A stretch of DNA of 63,247 nt, taken from an uncultured Gammaproteobacteria bacterium. Lineage in GTDB: Bacteria; Patescibacteriota; Microgenomatia; JAUYPR01. The notes below the pieces were generated by a model, which was given only the letters and a program-made list of their open reading frames with translations, made no database searches and had not been told where the DNA came from. Location of the stretch: assembly GCA_964372495.1 (NCBI GenBank), contig CAYJQU010000004.1, forward strand, positions 51,350-114,596. Reading direction: 5' to 3'. Position numbers and translations under genes: made by a program. Positions 10,088-19,378 of the stretch are shown in pieces (the first letter of the stretch is position 1; every line of letters begins with the position of its first letter).

Positions 10088-10927
10088 TTAAATTAAATTT
10101 GAAACCAAATTTATTCTAAATCTATCTATGTTTTTAGGAACAACTTCTTTTATTCCAAACATCATTTGATAAATTTCTTTCGCTTTTCTTTTTCCAATTC
10201 TCCCATGGGCAACTCTGGTATTATCTAAAATTAGTAATTGACCAGGCTCAAGTTGTATTTGTTCTTCTAATTTTTCTAAGTCAAATCCTCTTATTTTATA
10301 AAAATCATACTCATTTTGAATATTGCCATCAAACCATTGAGCCATTGTTTTATCACGGTAGCTAATTAAATCATTTGAATTAGTAATTGCATCCACAATT
10401 CTTGCAAAACAAGAAATTCTGTAAGAATTAACATCATCCCATCCATCACCGTGGTTTTTAACATATTTAAGGATTCTCTCCTCAATTTTTTTTGAACTTA
10501 AATTTTTATTAGTAAAAAAATTCTTTAAATTTAAAACCCTAGTCTTTGCAGTTCCAAATTTTTTCTCTTTTGGGAAGTAAAGCCCGATGGTTGTGTACAT
10601 TGTTTGTGAGATATCTGAAAAAAATGGTTGTCCCATATCAAAATGAAGTGCTTGAAAAGAAGTTTCAACAGAATCATTACAAACAGGAATCAAATCTGCT
10701 TTAGCTAGTTGTATTCGAGGCAATAAAAACGAAAACAGAGGAAGCTTTTCTGTGTCAATATTTGCAATAACCATCTCTGTAATGTTTCTTGCTTCATCGA
10801 TATTTCTAATGTCGCTTATCATGGTATAACCTTTGGAGTAAAAGTCTTGAGGGATGTCAAACCTATTTTTATAAAATGGAAATACGAAATTAGTTTCCCC
10901 GAACAATAATCTTTGTCCACCAATCAT
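10088..10927 (-). CDS. TauD/TfdA-like Fe(II)/2-oxoglutarate dioxygenase-fold protein
   Basis: It has H95-F-D97 (ALHFDMG) and LILDNTRVAH241GR243. The spacing and the 279-aa length parallel TauD (H99-x-D101...H255, 283 aa). The DNA is very AT-rich, and the ATG lies 1 nt after the ligase stop codon. Confidence 0.6.
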   Translation of the reverse strand: MIGGQRLLFGETNFVFPFYKNRFDIPQDFYSKGYTMISDIRNIDEARNITEMVIANIDTEKLPLFSFLLPRIQLAKADLIPVCNDSVETSFQALHFDMGQPFFSDISQTMYTTIGLYFPKEKKFGTAKTRVLNLKNFFTNKNLSSKKIEERILKYVKNHGDGWDDVNSYRISCFARIVDAITNSNDLISYRDKTMAQWFDGNIQNEYDFYKIRGFDLEKLEEQIQLEPGQLLILDNTRVAHGRIGKRKAKEIYQMMFGIKEVVPKNIDRFRINLVSNLI

Positions 10928-10928
10928 T

Positions 10929-12689
10929 TTAAATCTCGTGCCTCCCCTGTTGCGTGTACATCTCGATAATCTCTTTCACAGTAGTAGCGTCCTCGGGCCG
11001 TTTATCTTCGGAGCGGAAAGAAACTAGGCGCGGGAAGCGGAGGGCGTAGCCTGGCTCTGCGTCAGTCTTGCCTGCAGTGTGTATGGGGCTGCGGGTGATT
11101 TCGTCCGCCAGTACCTCAATAACCACTTTCGGCGTGACCCACGCCGAAGGCTCAATGAGCGAGCTCACGCGGGCCGGTTTTTTCTCAGTCTTGATCGTGT
11201 CACACCGGTCGTAAATCTCTCTCCATTCTTCGTCAGTGAGTCCAGTTCCAATCTTACAAATGGTGACAAACTCATCCTTCCGGTTATCGTACACCCCGAC
11301 CAACAACGCCCCTGCGCCAAATGCTGCTCGCTTACCACGACCGAAGATGTATCCTAAAATCACACAGTCCACCGTATCAGAAAGTTCCCCCGACACGTCC
11401 CGTTTGAGCTTGACCCAATTGAAGTTTCGGGCACCAGCTGAATAAGGGGAATCGAGTCGCTTTACCACCACCCCCTCAAGCCCCTTTTGGATCTGTTCAG
11501 CCAAAAATCGGTCAAGCATTGTCTTAGTGCTAGCTACAATCCCCTCGCCCGGCGCAATGGTGCCCCCGTCGGTAGTAATTTTAAAAATCAACTCGCGGCG
11601 CTTTCGGTATGGCAGCTGTGTCAAATCTTCCCCATCAAGATACATCAGATCAAAAACAAACGCTTTCAACGGAAGTTGTTTTGCAAGCTCTGTAATATGA
11701 TACTTTCGACGGCGCTTCGTAGTCTCTTGAAATGGATAAAATTCCTCCGATTCTGGATTGAATGCCAAAGCTTCAGCGTCTAGGATCGCAGTTTTAGCCT
11801 TCACTTGTTTGAGCGCTCCTTCCACAATCTCGGGGAACATATGGCTCATATCCTCAAGGTTGCGCGAGAAGATACGCACCGGCTGCTTTGCTTCTCGATC
11901 CAGGTGAATTTGTGTCCGAAACCCGTCAAGTTTCGGCTCAACCGCAACGGTCCCCAGCTTTTCGATTACCTTCTCCACGCTCGGCAGCCGCTCACACAGC
12001 TCTGGGCGAATGGGGCTACCCGGCCGAACGTGCAGCTTCATAAGCCCTCCCTCGCCATCTTTCCAGAACGCACGCGCTATGAGGCCAAGATCCGAAGTCT
12101 TGTTATACGCTGCCTCTAGTATCTTCCGGAGTGACCGATCTCCAGTTCTAGCAACCGAGAGTGCATCGAGTACCGTTGGATCGCCAATTCCCAGCCGCAG
12201 AGTGCCCAGCGGAATACGCACCAGGTGCTTTGCAGATACCGCATCCATGTGTGTCAGTAGCTCTGAAAGAAGCGATACTCGCTTGTGTACAGTTCCATCT
12301 CCGCTCGCACCAGCAACCTCGCGCAAGCTGCCAACAACCTGAGAAACCGAAAGGTCAGCCGCCTTGCCCTTCAGTCGATGCTTTTCGGCAAGATTCTGCG
12401 CCACGAGTCCCAAGTCCCCCAATCGACCGTAGTATTTTTGTACCTCGCTCTGCTGCACGCCAAAGGCATGGGCGAGCGCTTGCGCGACCAGCTTTTCCCC
12501 CATCCCAATCTCAACTGGCTCAAACGCCGGTGCCACACGTCCCTGCGTCAGATACACAACATCAGCAATTTCTTCAGGAGAAAATTCGCAAAGCTCACGT
12601 AGTAATGACGCTAATACATCCGTCAGTTGCAGACGCGAAGAAATACCCTCAAGCTTTTCAAAGTACGCAGCAAGCTGGGTAAAGGTCAT
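10929..12689 (-). CDS. lig: ATP-dependent DNA ligase, Lig1/archaeal type (DBD + adenylation + OB)
   Basis: Motif I is EPKLDGFR. It also has LDAEAL, EGVVVKRLDSPY and NWVKLKRD (motifs III-V), with a long N-terminal DNA-binding domain. Length is 586 aa. Confidence 0.9.
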   Translation of the reverse strand: MTFTQLAAYFEKLEGISSRLQLTDVLASLLRELCEFSPEEIADVVYLTQGRVAPAFEPVEIGMGEKLVAQALAHAFGVQQSEVQKYYGRLGDLGLVAQNLAEKHRLKGKAADLSVSQVVGSLREVAGASGDGTVHKRVSLLSELLTHMDAVSAKHLVRIPLGTLRLGIGDPTVLDALSVARTGDRSLRKILEAAYNKTSDLGLIARAFWKDGEGGLMKLHVRPGSPIRPELCERLPSVEKVIEKLGTVAVEPKLDGFRTQIHLDREAKQPVRIFSRNLEDMSHMFPEIVEGALKQVKAKTAILDAEALAFNPESEEFYPFQETTKRRRKYHITELAKQLPLKAFVFDLMYLDGEDLTQLPYRKRRELIFKITTDGGTIAPGEGIVASTKTMLDRFLAEQIQKGLEGVVVKRLDSPYSAGARNFNWVKLKRDVSGELSDTVDCVILGYIFGRGKRAAFGAGALLVGVYDNRKDEFVTICKIGTGLTDEEWREIYDRCDTIKTEKKPARVSSLIEPSAWVTPKVVIEVLADEITRSPIHTAGKTDAEPGYALRFPRLVSFRSEDKRPEDATTVKEIIEMYTQQGRHEI

Positions 12690-13123
12690 GTGCGCAATTC
12701 CTCATTGCCCTCTCTCGGCTCGACCGACTCCAGGAGTTCACGCCTCGCCCCTTCAAGATATTCCTGATACTTGTCTTGTTCTTTCTGAGTAACTGGCAAA
12801 AACTGCCTCGTCATTTCGTTGAAAAGACCCACCAGCCGTGGGTGCGAAAATAGACGCCTATCTGTATCATAGGTTCCCAGCTCCATAATGGCAGCAATAG
12901 GTCTATCTGTTACGGATATACCAGTGACTGAATCAATAAAGTGTTTCTCCTGCTTTCGCCGCTCGTTTACCTCCTCAATTGACTCACCGTCCTGAACCGT
13001 CAGCGGCACGTCTGGAGCGCTCCTATACCGAGCGTCCACGGTGCTGCCCATCATCTTATGCTCAAGCGGGGTGAGATCATATCCTGTAATAACTTCAAGT
13101 TGGGCGAGATCTTCTACTTTCAT
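12686..13123 (-). CDS. Hypothetical protein (ORF145), translationally coupled on both sides
   Basis: ATGA overlaps join it to Fic (13120..13123) and to the ligase (12686..12689). It is acidic and predicted soluble, and I recognise no motif. Confidence 0.55.
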   Translation of the reverse strand: MKVEDLAQLEVITGYDLTPLEHKMMGSTVDARYRSAPDVPLTVQDGESIEEVNERRKQEKHFIDSVTGISVTDRPIAAIMELGTYDTDRRLFSHPRLVGLFNEMTRQFLPVTQKEQDKYQEYLEGARRELLESVEPREGNEELRT

Positions 13124-14181
13124 CTGAGTAAGTACACCGCGGCTTTTGTTTTGCCGCGCTTCTTTATCACCTTCTTCTTCATAAGATCTTTTAGGTCTCG
13201 CAGTATTGTATCATCGGAGACGCTGGGAAAAAGCGTGCGCCACTGGGCGTTGCTAATGGAGCTATGATCCTCAATAAACTCAACGATCCTCATCTGGCGA
13301 TCGGATAGCCCAATCTGCCCCATGCGCCCCTTTCGCCGTACATCCACCGATAAGCGCACTACGCGTTCTTTCACCCGCACCAGCTCCCCAGTTAAGCCTT
13401 CAGTAAAGTACTCAAGCCAGACCGTTAAGTCCCGTTCAGACTCATTGGACACGAGCTGGTTAGAGACAGCCTGCAGCACCCGATAATAGCGCAACGCGTC
13501 ACCATCGAAATATTCCTCAAGCGAGAATAATTTTCTGATGTCATACCCGTCTTTAAAAAGGCAAAGGGTTGCTACCGCGCGCGCAGTGCGGCCGTTTCCA
13601 TCCACAAACGGGTGAATCCGCGCCAGTGAGTAATGTACGATGCCGGCTTTCAGCACTGGATGTACGGCCATACTCGCCTTGCTTTCAAGCCATGTTAATA
13701 AATCAAGAAGCTGTGGAGTTACAATCTGCGGTGGCGGCGGTGTAAAACTGACTTCGCCTGTGCGCGAGTCCTTCACCACGACAGCAGTCGTACGGATAAT
13801 GCCACTTTGAGCGTCTGGAAGTACTTTCTTCGTTGTCAGCCTATGTATGGCAAGTACGACTTCTTGGCTGATCGGCTTATCGCCCTTGAATGCATCAATA
13901 TAGGTAATCACGTTGCGGTAGTTGATAATTTCCTGAATATCTCGGTCCCGAGCCCGCACTGCTCCCCCTGCGAGCACGTCCTTTACTTCCTGTTTGCTCA
14001 AGCGGTTCCCCTCAATATGTGTACCATGGTGAACCGTCCGCAACAGCGCTTCTTCCTGAAACCTTTTCTCATACAACGGTATGAGCGGCGCATGCATGAT
14101 TACCTCGCGGGCTGCTTCTATGGCACCGATGGCAGTCAGTATAGTGTTGGTTATGGAGAACTTCGGGGTATACACTGCCAT
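13120..14181 (-). CDS. Fic-family protein (AMPylase type) with a C-terminal wHTH-like tail
   Basis: The Fic motif is HPFVDGNGRTARAV. An N-terminal inhibitory-helix-like GTHIEGN is present. The start is taken as ATG 14181 (MAVYTPKFSITN...); ORF-track 14211 is a TTG. Confidence 0.9.
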   Translation of the reverse strand: MAVYTPKFSITNTILTAIGAIEAAREVIMHAPLIPLYEKRFQEEALLRTVHHGTHIEGNRLSKQEVKDVLAGGAVRARDRDIQEIINYRNVITYIDAFKGDKPISQEVVLAIHRLTTKKVLPDAQSGIIRTTAVVVKDSRTGEVSFTPPPPQIVTPQLLDLLTWLESKASMAVHPVLKAGIVHYSLARIHPFVDGNGRTARAVATLCLFKDGYDIRKLFSLEEYFDGDALRYYRVLQAVSNQLVSNESERDLTVWLEYFTEGLTGELVRVKERVVRLSVDVRRKGRMGQIGLSDRQMRIVEFIEDHSSISNAQWRTLFPSVSDDTILRDLKDLMKKKVIKKRGKTKAAVYLLR

Positions 14182-14224
14182 AATTTTTGCACAATTCCCG
14201 CATTCAGGCAATACACGAGCAATT

Positions 14225-14233
14225 TGCTACAAT
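14225..14233 (+). promoter_or_regulatory. Extended -10 element TGCTACAAT in front of the FabH-like gene
   Basis: The same 9-mer occurs in front of nth and the SpoU gene. ATG 14236 is only 2 nt downstream and GTG 14242 is 8 nt downstream. Confidence 0.4.
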
Positions 14234-14235
14234 AG

Positions 14236-15357
14236 ATGTTTGTGCGTACAGCAGAACGTTTCTTGCTACCAAGCTCCAAGGAGTACCTTACCGCGCCACG
14301 CTCAGTACAGTTCACCAGTACCCTCGGCACATACCAATTAACTCCTGCACAATTAGCATCCTATTTCTCTCAAAGAGGTATCAGGTCTTTTTCGGAACAA
14401 GAGCTTACCCCTGAAAAAATCCACGAGCAGGCTGGAATTGAAAGATTGTACTGGATGTTTTCTGATCCTCTGAAAGCCAGCCCCGAGTACGCACTCTATA
14501 TACTTTGTGCCTTCTCGTCGCTCACGCTGCATAAACACCTTCACCAATGGGAAGTAGACAAGCCAGATATTGCAATCGTTACGACAACCTATCGTCCGGG
14601 ATTTAACCTGGCAGACCAGCTTGTGTCCGAGCTCTATGGTACTACTCATGGCATCCGCACCCTCAACGTCCATTATGCATGTGCTGGGTTTGCCAAAGCG
14701 CTGGCCATCGTGCACAACGAAATACAAACTGGAAGACTTTCTCTCGATGCTGAGGTACTTATCATCAGCCCAGAAATCTACTCTCCCCATATCGGCCCCA
14801 GCCCGTATATGGATATATTTTCAGACGGTGTGGTCGTGACCTCCTTTCGCCACCAGCGCGATCTCACCATCCATGCATCGGCTGAGTTCAGCTACCCAGA
14901 ACGTATGAATCAGATGATGTGCATGGCACGACCATATGCGCAAGATTCAGAGAATAATGACAGTACCATTGCTCTACTCCCACCCCTCTCGGATACCGGC
15001 GAAAAGACAACGATGGATCGATCTGGCATGACCAAATTCATTCTCCGAGAACCAGTACGCGCTTTGCATGCGGTTCGAAACATGCTTGACCCTGCTGTGC
15101 AATCACATATACAGTTCGCCCTCGTCCACGGAGCAAATGGTCATATGCCGCAGCTGCTGTCTGAGAAAGCTGGTTTGCCGTGCATCAGTAATATTGCCGA
15201 GGTGGGCAATCTTTCTTCTGCCTCGATTCCCTACACGTGGATGCATCTATCGCCCTCTGTACAACCGTTTCCTGGAGATATCATACTTATCAATGGTTTT
15301 GGAGCTGGCCTGACCAATATAGCCGTAGCTGTCGAAGTCCGTAGCCCCCGGAATTAG
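14236..15357 (+). CDS. FabH-like beta-ketoacyl synthase III / thiolase-fold condensing enzyme
   Basis: A Cys-His-Asn triad context is visible: HYACAGFAKAL, LVHGANGHM and VGNLSSASIPY. The start is uncertain (ATG 14236 or GTG 14242). Confidence 0.75.
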   Translation: MFVRTAERFLLPSSKEYLTAPRSVQFTSTLGTYQLTPAQLASYFSQRGIRSFSEQELTPEKIHEQAGIERLYWMFSDPLKASPEYALYILCAFSSLTLHKHLHQWEVDKPDIAIVTTTYRPGFNLADQLVSELYGTTHGIRTLNVHYACAGFAKALAIVHNEIQTGRLSLDAEVLIISPEIYSPHIGPSPYMDIFSDGVVVTSFRHQRDLTIHASAEFSYPERMNQMMCMARPYAQDSENNDSTIALLPPLSDTGEKTTMDRSGMTKFILREPVRALHAVRNMLDPAVQSHIQFALVHGANGHMPQLLSEKAGLPCISNIAEVGNLSSASIPYTWMHLSPSVQPFPGDIILINGFGAGLTNIAVAVEVRSPRN

Positions 15358-15380
15358 CAGTCTTGACACTCGAGTGCTAG
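15354..15380 (+). promoter_or_regulatory. CIRCE-like inverted repeat (HrcA operator) upstream of clpB
   Basis: The sequence is TTAGCAGTC-N9-GAGTGCTAG against the consensus TTAGCACTC-N9-GAGTGCTAA. That is 16 of 18 matches with exact 9-nt spacing. It overlaps the -35 box. Confidence 0.65.
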
Positions 15381-15391
15381 TCTGGTATCGT
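15363..15391 (+). promoter_or_regulatory. clpB promoter
   Basis: It reads TTGACA (15363..15368), a 17-nt spacer, then TATCGT (15386..15391). The ATG is 10 nt downstream with no Shine-Dalgarno sequence. Confidence 0.55.
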
Positions 15392-15401
15392 TTGTCTACA
15401 C

Positions 15402-18047
15402 ATGGCGATACCAAAAAATCTCACGGTAAAAACCCAAGAGGCCTTGCAAACTGCTCATGATATTTCCAAGGAGAATCAGCAGCACGCAGTGGACGTTCTC
15501 CATCTTTTTGTGGCTCTCCTTAACCAGAAGGACAGCATTGTCGTGAGTATCCTTGAGGCAGTGGGCGTATCACGCGACATGCTGGTGCAGAAAGCCATAA
15601 CACTCATAGACGCCCTTCCAGAAACTGACCAGAAGACCGAGCAGCTCTATATCACTCCTCACGTACAGAAAGTACTAGAGCAAGCAGGCCGGGAAGCTAG
15701 TAAACTCAAAGACGACTACGTCTCAACCGAGCATCTTCTGCTGGCGCTTATACAAGTCGAATCCCCGATTCAGAAACTACTTGTTGATGCCAATGTCGGC
15801 TACGACACGGTGCTCCAAACTTTACAGAAGGTGCGTGGACCGCACCGTGTGACAGACGAAAATCCAGAAGTAAAGTACCAAGCACTGCAAAAATATGGTC
15901 GCAACGTAACCGAGCTTGCCAGGAATGGAAAACTGGATCCTGTCATCGGGCGCGATGAAGAGATTCGCCGTATTATGCAAGTACTAGCACGACGCACGAA
16001 GAACAATCCAGTACTCATCGGAGAACCAGGGGTCGGTAAAACCGCCATCGTGGAGGGGCTTGCTCAACGCATTGTAAGCGGTGACGTTCCCGATACCTTG
16101 CGCGGAAGAAGTATTATACAACTTGATATCGCCACGCTCCTGGCCGGAGCTAAATACCGGGGCGAGTTTGAAGATCGCCTGAAGGCAGTGTTACAGGAAG
16201 TCACCGCCAAGAGCGGCACCATCGTACTTTTCATTGATGAATTACATACGGTGGTGGGAGCTGGCGCTGCAGAGGGCGCCATTGACGCAGCCAATATGCT
16301 CAAGCCAGCGCTTGCCCGAGGCGAACTGCATGCAATCGGCGCTACTACTCTTAAGGAGTACCACGAACACATCGAAAAAGATGCCGCACTCGAGCGCCGA
16401 TTCCAGCCTATCTACGTGGAAGAGCCGAGCCTTGAAAACACTATCGCCATACTCAGAGGACTGAAAGAACGGTATGAGATCCACCATGGGGTGCGTATCA
16501 CGGATGATGCGATTGTCGAGGCCGCGATCCTGTCAAAACGGTATATTTCAGAAAGATTCCTTCCTGACAAAGCAGTTGACCTCATTGATGAGGCCGCCTC
16601 GGCGCTCAAGATTGAGGTCGAGAGCATGCCGCAAGAACTTGATCAGCAGAAGCGACGTATAACGCAGCTCGAAATAGAAAAGCAGGCGCTCTCCAAAGAG
16701 AAAAGTACAAAAGCACGAGAGCGTCTCAAGGATCTTGAGAGAGAACTGGCAGAACTGAAGGAAGAGGCGCGCGCCGTGTCGCTTCGCTGGCGTACAGAAA
16801 AGGAGCAAATCGATGCCGTGCGGAAACTAAATGAAGAGGTAGATCAGAAGCGTACCGAGCTTGAGCAAGCAGAACGACAGGCCGATCTGGAACGAGCAGC
16901 CCGTATTAAATACGGAGAGATTCTGGAACTTCAACGGAAACTGACTGAAGCGCAAAAGAAGCTCAAGCAAACAGCGGGTGGACAGCGACTGCTTCGTGAA
17001 GAAGTGACTGAAGAGGACATCGCCAAGGTGGTATCTCGCTGGACCGGGATACCGGTCACCCGTCTTCTTTCCACAGAGGCTGAAAAGCTTGCGCACCTGG
17101 AAGAGGAATTACATAAGCGGATGGTGGACCAGCAAGAAGCGATCCGGGCTGTTGCCAACGCCATACGTCGCCATCGCGCCGGTATCGCAGAACCAGGCAG
17201 ACCGATCGGCGTGTTTATTTTCCTCGGGCCTACAGGGGTTGGTAAGACCGAGCTAGCCAGATCGCTTGCCGACTTTCTATTCAATGATGAGCGAGCGCTC
17301 GTGCGCCTTGATATGTCTGAATATATGGAGCGGCATGCCGTCGCCCGAATGATCGGCGCACCTCCTGGGTATGTTGGCTTTGATGAGGGCGGGCAGCTCA
17401 CCGAGGCAGTACGCAGAAGACCATATGCAGTAGTGCTGTTTGATGAAATTGAGAAAGCTCACCCAGAAGTTTTCAACATCCTTCTGCAGCTTATGGATGA
17501 TGGGAGACTGACCGACGGACGGGGCCGCACCGTTGACTTTGCAAACACCATCGTCATCATGACAAGTAACCTAGGAAGCACCATCATACAGGAACATGCA
17601 GAGCGTGCACGAAGCCAGCAAGAGAAACTACCTAAGGACACCGGGAAGGTCATTGCTGCGCTTGCCAATCCTATCGAACAAGAAATGCGCCAGCAGGTTA
17701 TGACACTGGTGAGCCAACATTTCCGCCCCGAGTTCTTAAACCGAGTCGATGACACTATTCTGTTTCGCAATCTCACGGAAGACGACGTGCAACAGATCGT
17801 GGAGCTGCAGCTGAAACGAGTTGCCGAGCGAATTCTGGAGAAAAGCATTCGGCTTACGGTAACCGAGGAAGCAAAAAGTACGCTTGCCAAACTGGGATTT
17901 GATCCGATGTATGGTGCACGGCCTTTAAAGCGAGTTATCCAAAGTACCATACTCGACGAGCTAGCTTTGCGTGTGGTTGAGGGCAAGGTCAGCCAGGGAG
18001 ATGTTGTGCATGTAGACGCAAAAGGCGATCAGTTGGTGATTGAGTAA
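15402..18047 (+). CDS. clpB: ClpB disaggregase (AAA+ chaperone)
   Basis: It has two Walker A boxes ([16 protein letters not shown]), a long coiled-coil middle domain and the Clp N-domain. Length is 881 aa. Confidence 0.95.
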   Translation: MAIPKNLTVKTQEALQTAHDISKENQQHAVDVLHLFVALLNQKDSIVVSILEAVGVSRDMLVQKAITLIDALPETDQKTEQLYITPHVQKVLEQAGREASKLKDDYVSTEHLLLALIQVESPIQKLLVDANVGYDTVLQTLQKVRGPHRVTDENPEVKYQALQKYGRNVTELARNGKLDPVIGRDEEIRRIMQVLARRTKNNPVLIGEPGVGKTAIVEGLAQRIVSGDVPDTLRGRSIIQLDIATLLAGAKYRGEFEDRLKAVLQEVTAKSGTIVLFIDELHTVVGAGAAEGAIDAANMLKPALARGELHAIGATTLKEYHEHIEKDAALERRFQPIYVEEPSLENTIAILRGLKERYEIHHGVRITDDAIVEAAILSKRYISERFLPDKAVDLIDEAASALKIEVESMPQELDQQKRRITQLEIEKQALSKEKSTKARERLKDLERELAELKEEARAVSLRWRTEKEQIDAVRKLNEEVDQKRTELEQAERQADLERAARIKYGEILELQRKLTEAQKKLKQTAGGQRLLREEVTEEDIAKVVSRWTGIPVTRLLSTEAEKLAHLEEELHKRMVDQQEAIRAVANAIRRHRAGIAEPGRPIGVFIFLGPTGVGKTELARSLADFLFNDERALVRLDMSEYMERHAVARMIGAPPGYVGFDEGGQLTEAVRRRPYAVVLFDEIEKAHPEVFNILLQLMDDGRLTDGRGRTVDFANTIVIMTSNLGSTIIQEHAERARSQQEKLPKDTGKVIAALANPIEQEMRQQVMTLVSQHFRPEFLNRVDDTILFRNLTEDDVQQIVELQLKRVAERILEKSIRLTVTEEAKSTLAKLGFDPMYGARPLKRVIQSTILDELALRVVEGKVSQGDVVHVDAKGDQLVIE

Positions 18048-18354
18048 GGAGGGATCTATAAAAAAACGGCTGCACCAAAAAGCACTTGAAGAGGTAGGGC
18101 GTGTACGCCATGAAGTGCTCAAGCAAATGGCTACGTTGGCAGCCTCTGGTTTTGGGCTCGTTTCCGCTCTCGCCTGGAACGACCTCGTGCGCGACGCTAT
18201 TGATTCCTACATTAAGCCGTATGTCACCGTAGGAGCTGGCCTTGTATCTCAACTACTCTACGCCAGCATCATTACACTGTTAGCAGTAGTCGTTATGCTG
18301 CAACTTACTCGGCTTGCAGAATCAAGTCAACCGAAAGAAAAGGCTAAAGAGTAA
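18040..18354 (+). CDS. Small membrane protein (DUF5654-like?)
   Basis: It has the ALAWNDLVRDAI motif and a C-terminal TM segment. The start is uncertain (TTG 18040 or ATG 18127). Confidence 0.5.
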   Translation: MSKEGSIKKRLHQKALEEVGRVRHEVLKQMATLAASGFGLVSALAWNDLVRDAIDSYIKPYVTVGAGLVSQLLYASIITLLAVVVMLQLTRLAESSQPKEKAKE

Positions 18355-19378
18355 TTACCTCATACCTCTCCAGAAATCGCTTATCAACAAGGTGAATGTC
18401 AGTAGTAGTCATTATGGTCTGCTGCTTTGGCAACACGTGCACGATATGCTCGCGATGCGCATGATCAAGCTCTGAAAAGATGTCATCGAGTAAAAGCACT
18501 GGTGGCTCACCAAGGCGTTGAGTCATAAACGCAAGTTCCCCAAGCTTTAGAGCAAGCACTGCAGTACGCTGCTCGCCGCGTGAGCCAAAACGGCTAAGAT
18601 CTCGCCCGGCCTGTAAGAAACAAAAATCATCCCTATGTGGCCCGGCCGTTGTCTGTCCAGCAGCAATGTCCCGTGATCGTAAGCGCGCAAGCTCCGCCTC
18701 ATTAATATGCCGTGGTTGATACACAAAAATAATCGGCCCTAAGTCCTGGGGATGCTCAGCAAGGAATGCAAAAAGTGTCTGTCGTGCTGAGTGAATAGTG
18801 GCTGCCTCGCCAAGCAGTGCATGATCCCAGTACGTAAGCTCATCTTCCCGCGCTTCTCTATCCCGAATGCTCTCCAATAACTTGTTACGCTGGCTCAAGA
18901 TGTGTCCATACGCAGTCAGCGCGCGTTTATACTCTCGGTCGGCCTGAGCAAGAAACAGATCTAAATGGCGGCGGCGCACTGCCGGCGAACTCGTGGAGAG
19001 CTCAACATCTGCAGGGAGAAACACGAGCACCGCGACGCTCCCAAAATAATCAACCGCTCTTTTTGGCACTCCATTGATCCATACCTGTTTTTTGGTCTGT
19101 TGGCTATCTTGCCTCATCAATAGTATTCGAAGGGTTAGATCCTGGTCGCGCCTTTTGACCACGCCGGCAATGTTGGCGTTCGCTTGACCCCACGCGATCA
19201 TCTCGCGGTCCAGTTCTGCCCGAAATGATTTGGTGGTAGCCAGGCAATAGAGTGCCTCGAGAATATTGGTCTTGCCAGCTGCATTGTTCCCAACAATCAG
19301 CGTTGTACCACCACTCAACGCAATGTCAAAATGCGTGTAGCTGCGAAAATGCGACAGGGTAAGACGCACAGCCTCCAT
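18344..19378 (-). CDS. recF: DNA replication and repair protein RecF
   Basis: Walker A is GNNAAGKTNILEALY. It also has an SMC-like signature region and Walker B LLLDDIFSELD. Confidence 0.85.
   Translation of the reverse strand: MEAVRLTLSHFRSYTHFDIALSGGTTLIVGNNAAGKTNILEALYCLATTKSFRAELDREMIAWGQANANIAGVVKRRDQDLTLRILLMRQDSQQTKKQVWINGVPKRAVDYFGSVAVLVFLPADVELSTSSPAVRRRHLDLFLAQADREYKRALTAYGHILSQRNKLLESIRDREAREDELTYWDHALLGEAATIHSARQTLFAFLAEHPQDLGPIIFVYQPRHINEAELARLRSRDIAAGQTTAGPHRDDFCFLQAGRDLSRFGSRGEQRTAVLALKLGELAFMTQRLGEPPVLLLDDIFSELDHAHREHIVHVLPKQQTIMTTTDIHLVDKRFLERYEVITL

Noticed and set aside
9590-10928. The AT-rich island as an assembly chimera.
   Set aside because: Both flanks return to the same composition. 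The ATPase and ligase genes are intact up to the borders. The island gene is positioned 1 nt after the ligase stop codon with an upstream GGAGG. This cannot be excluded without read data, so it is listed as the refutation test in the finding.
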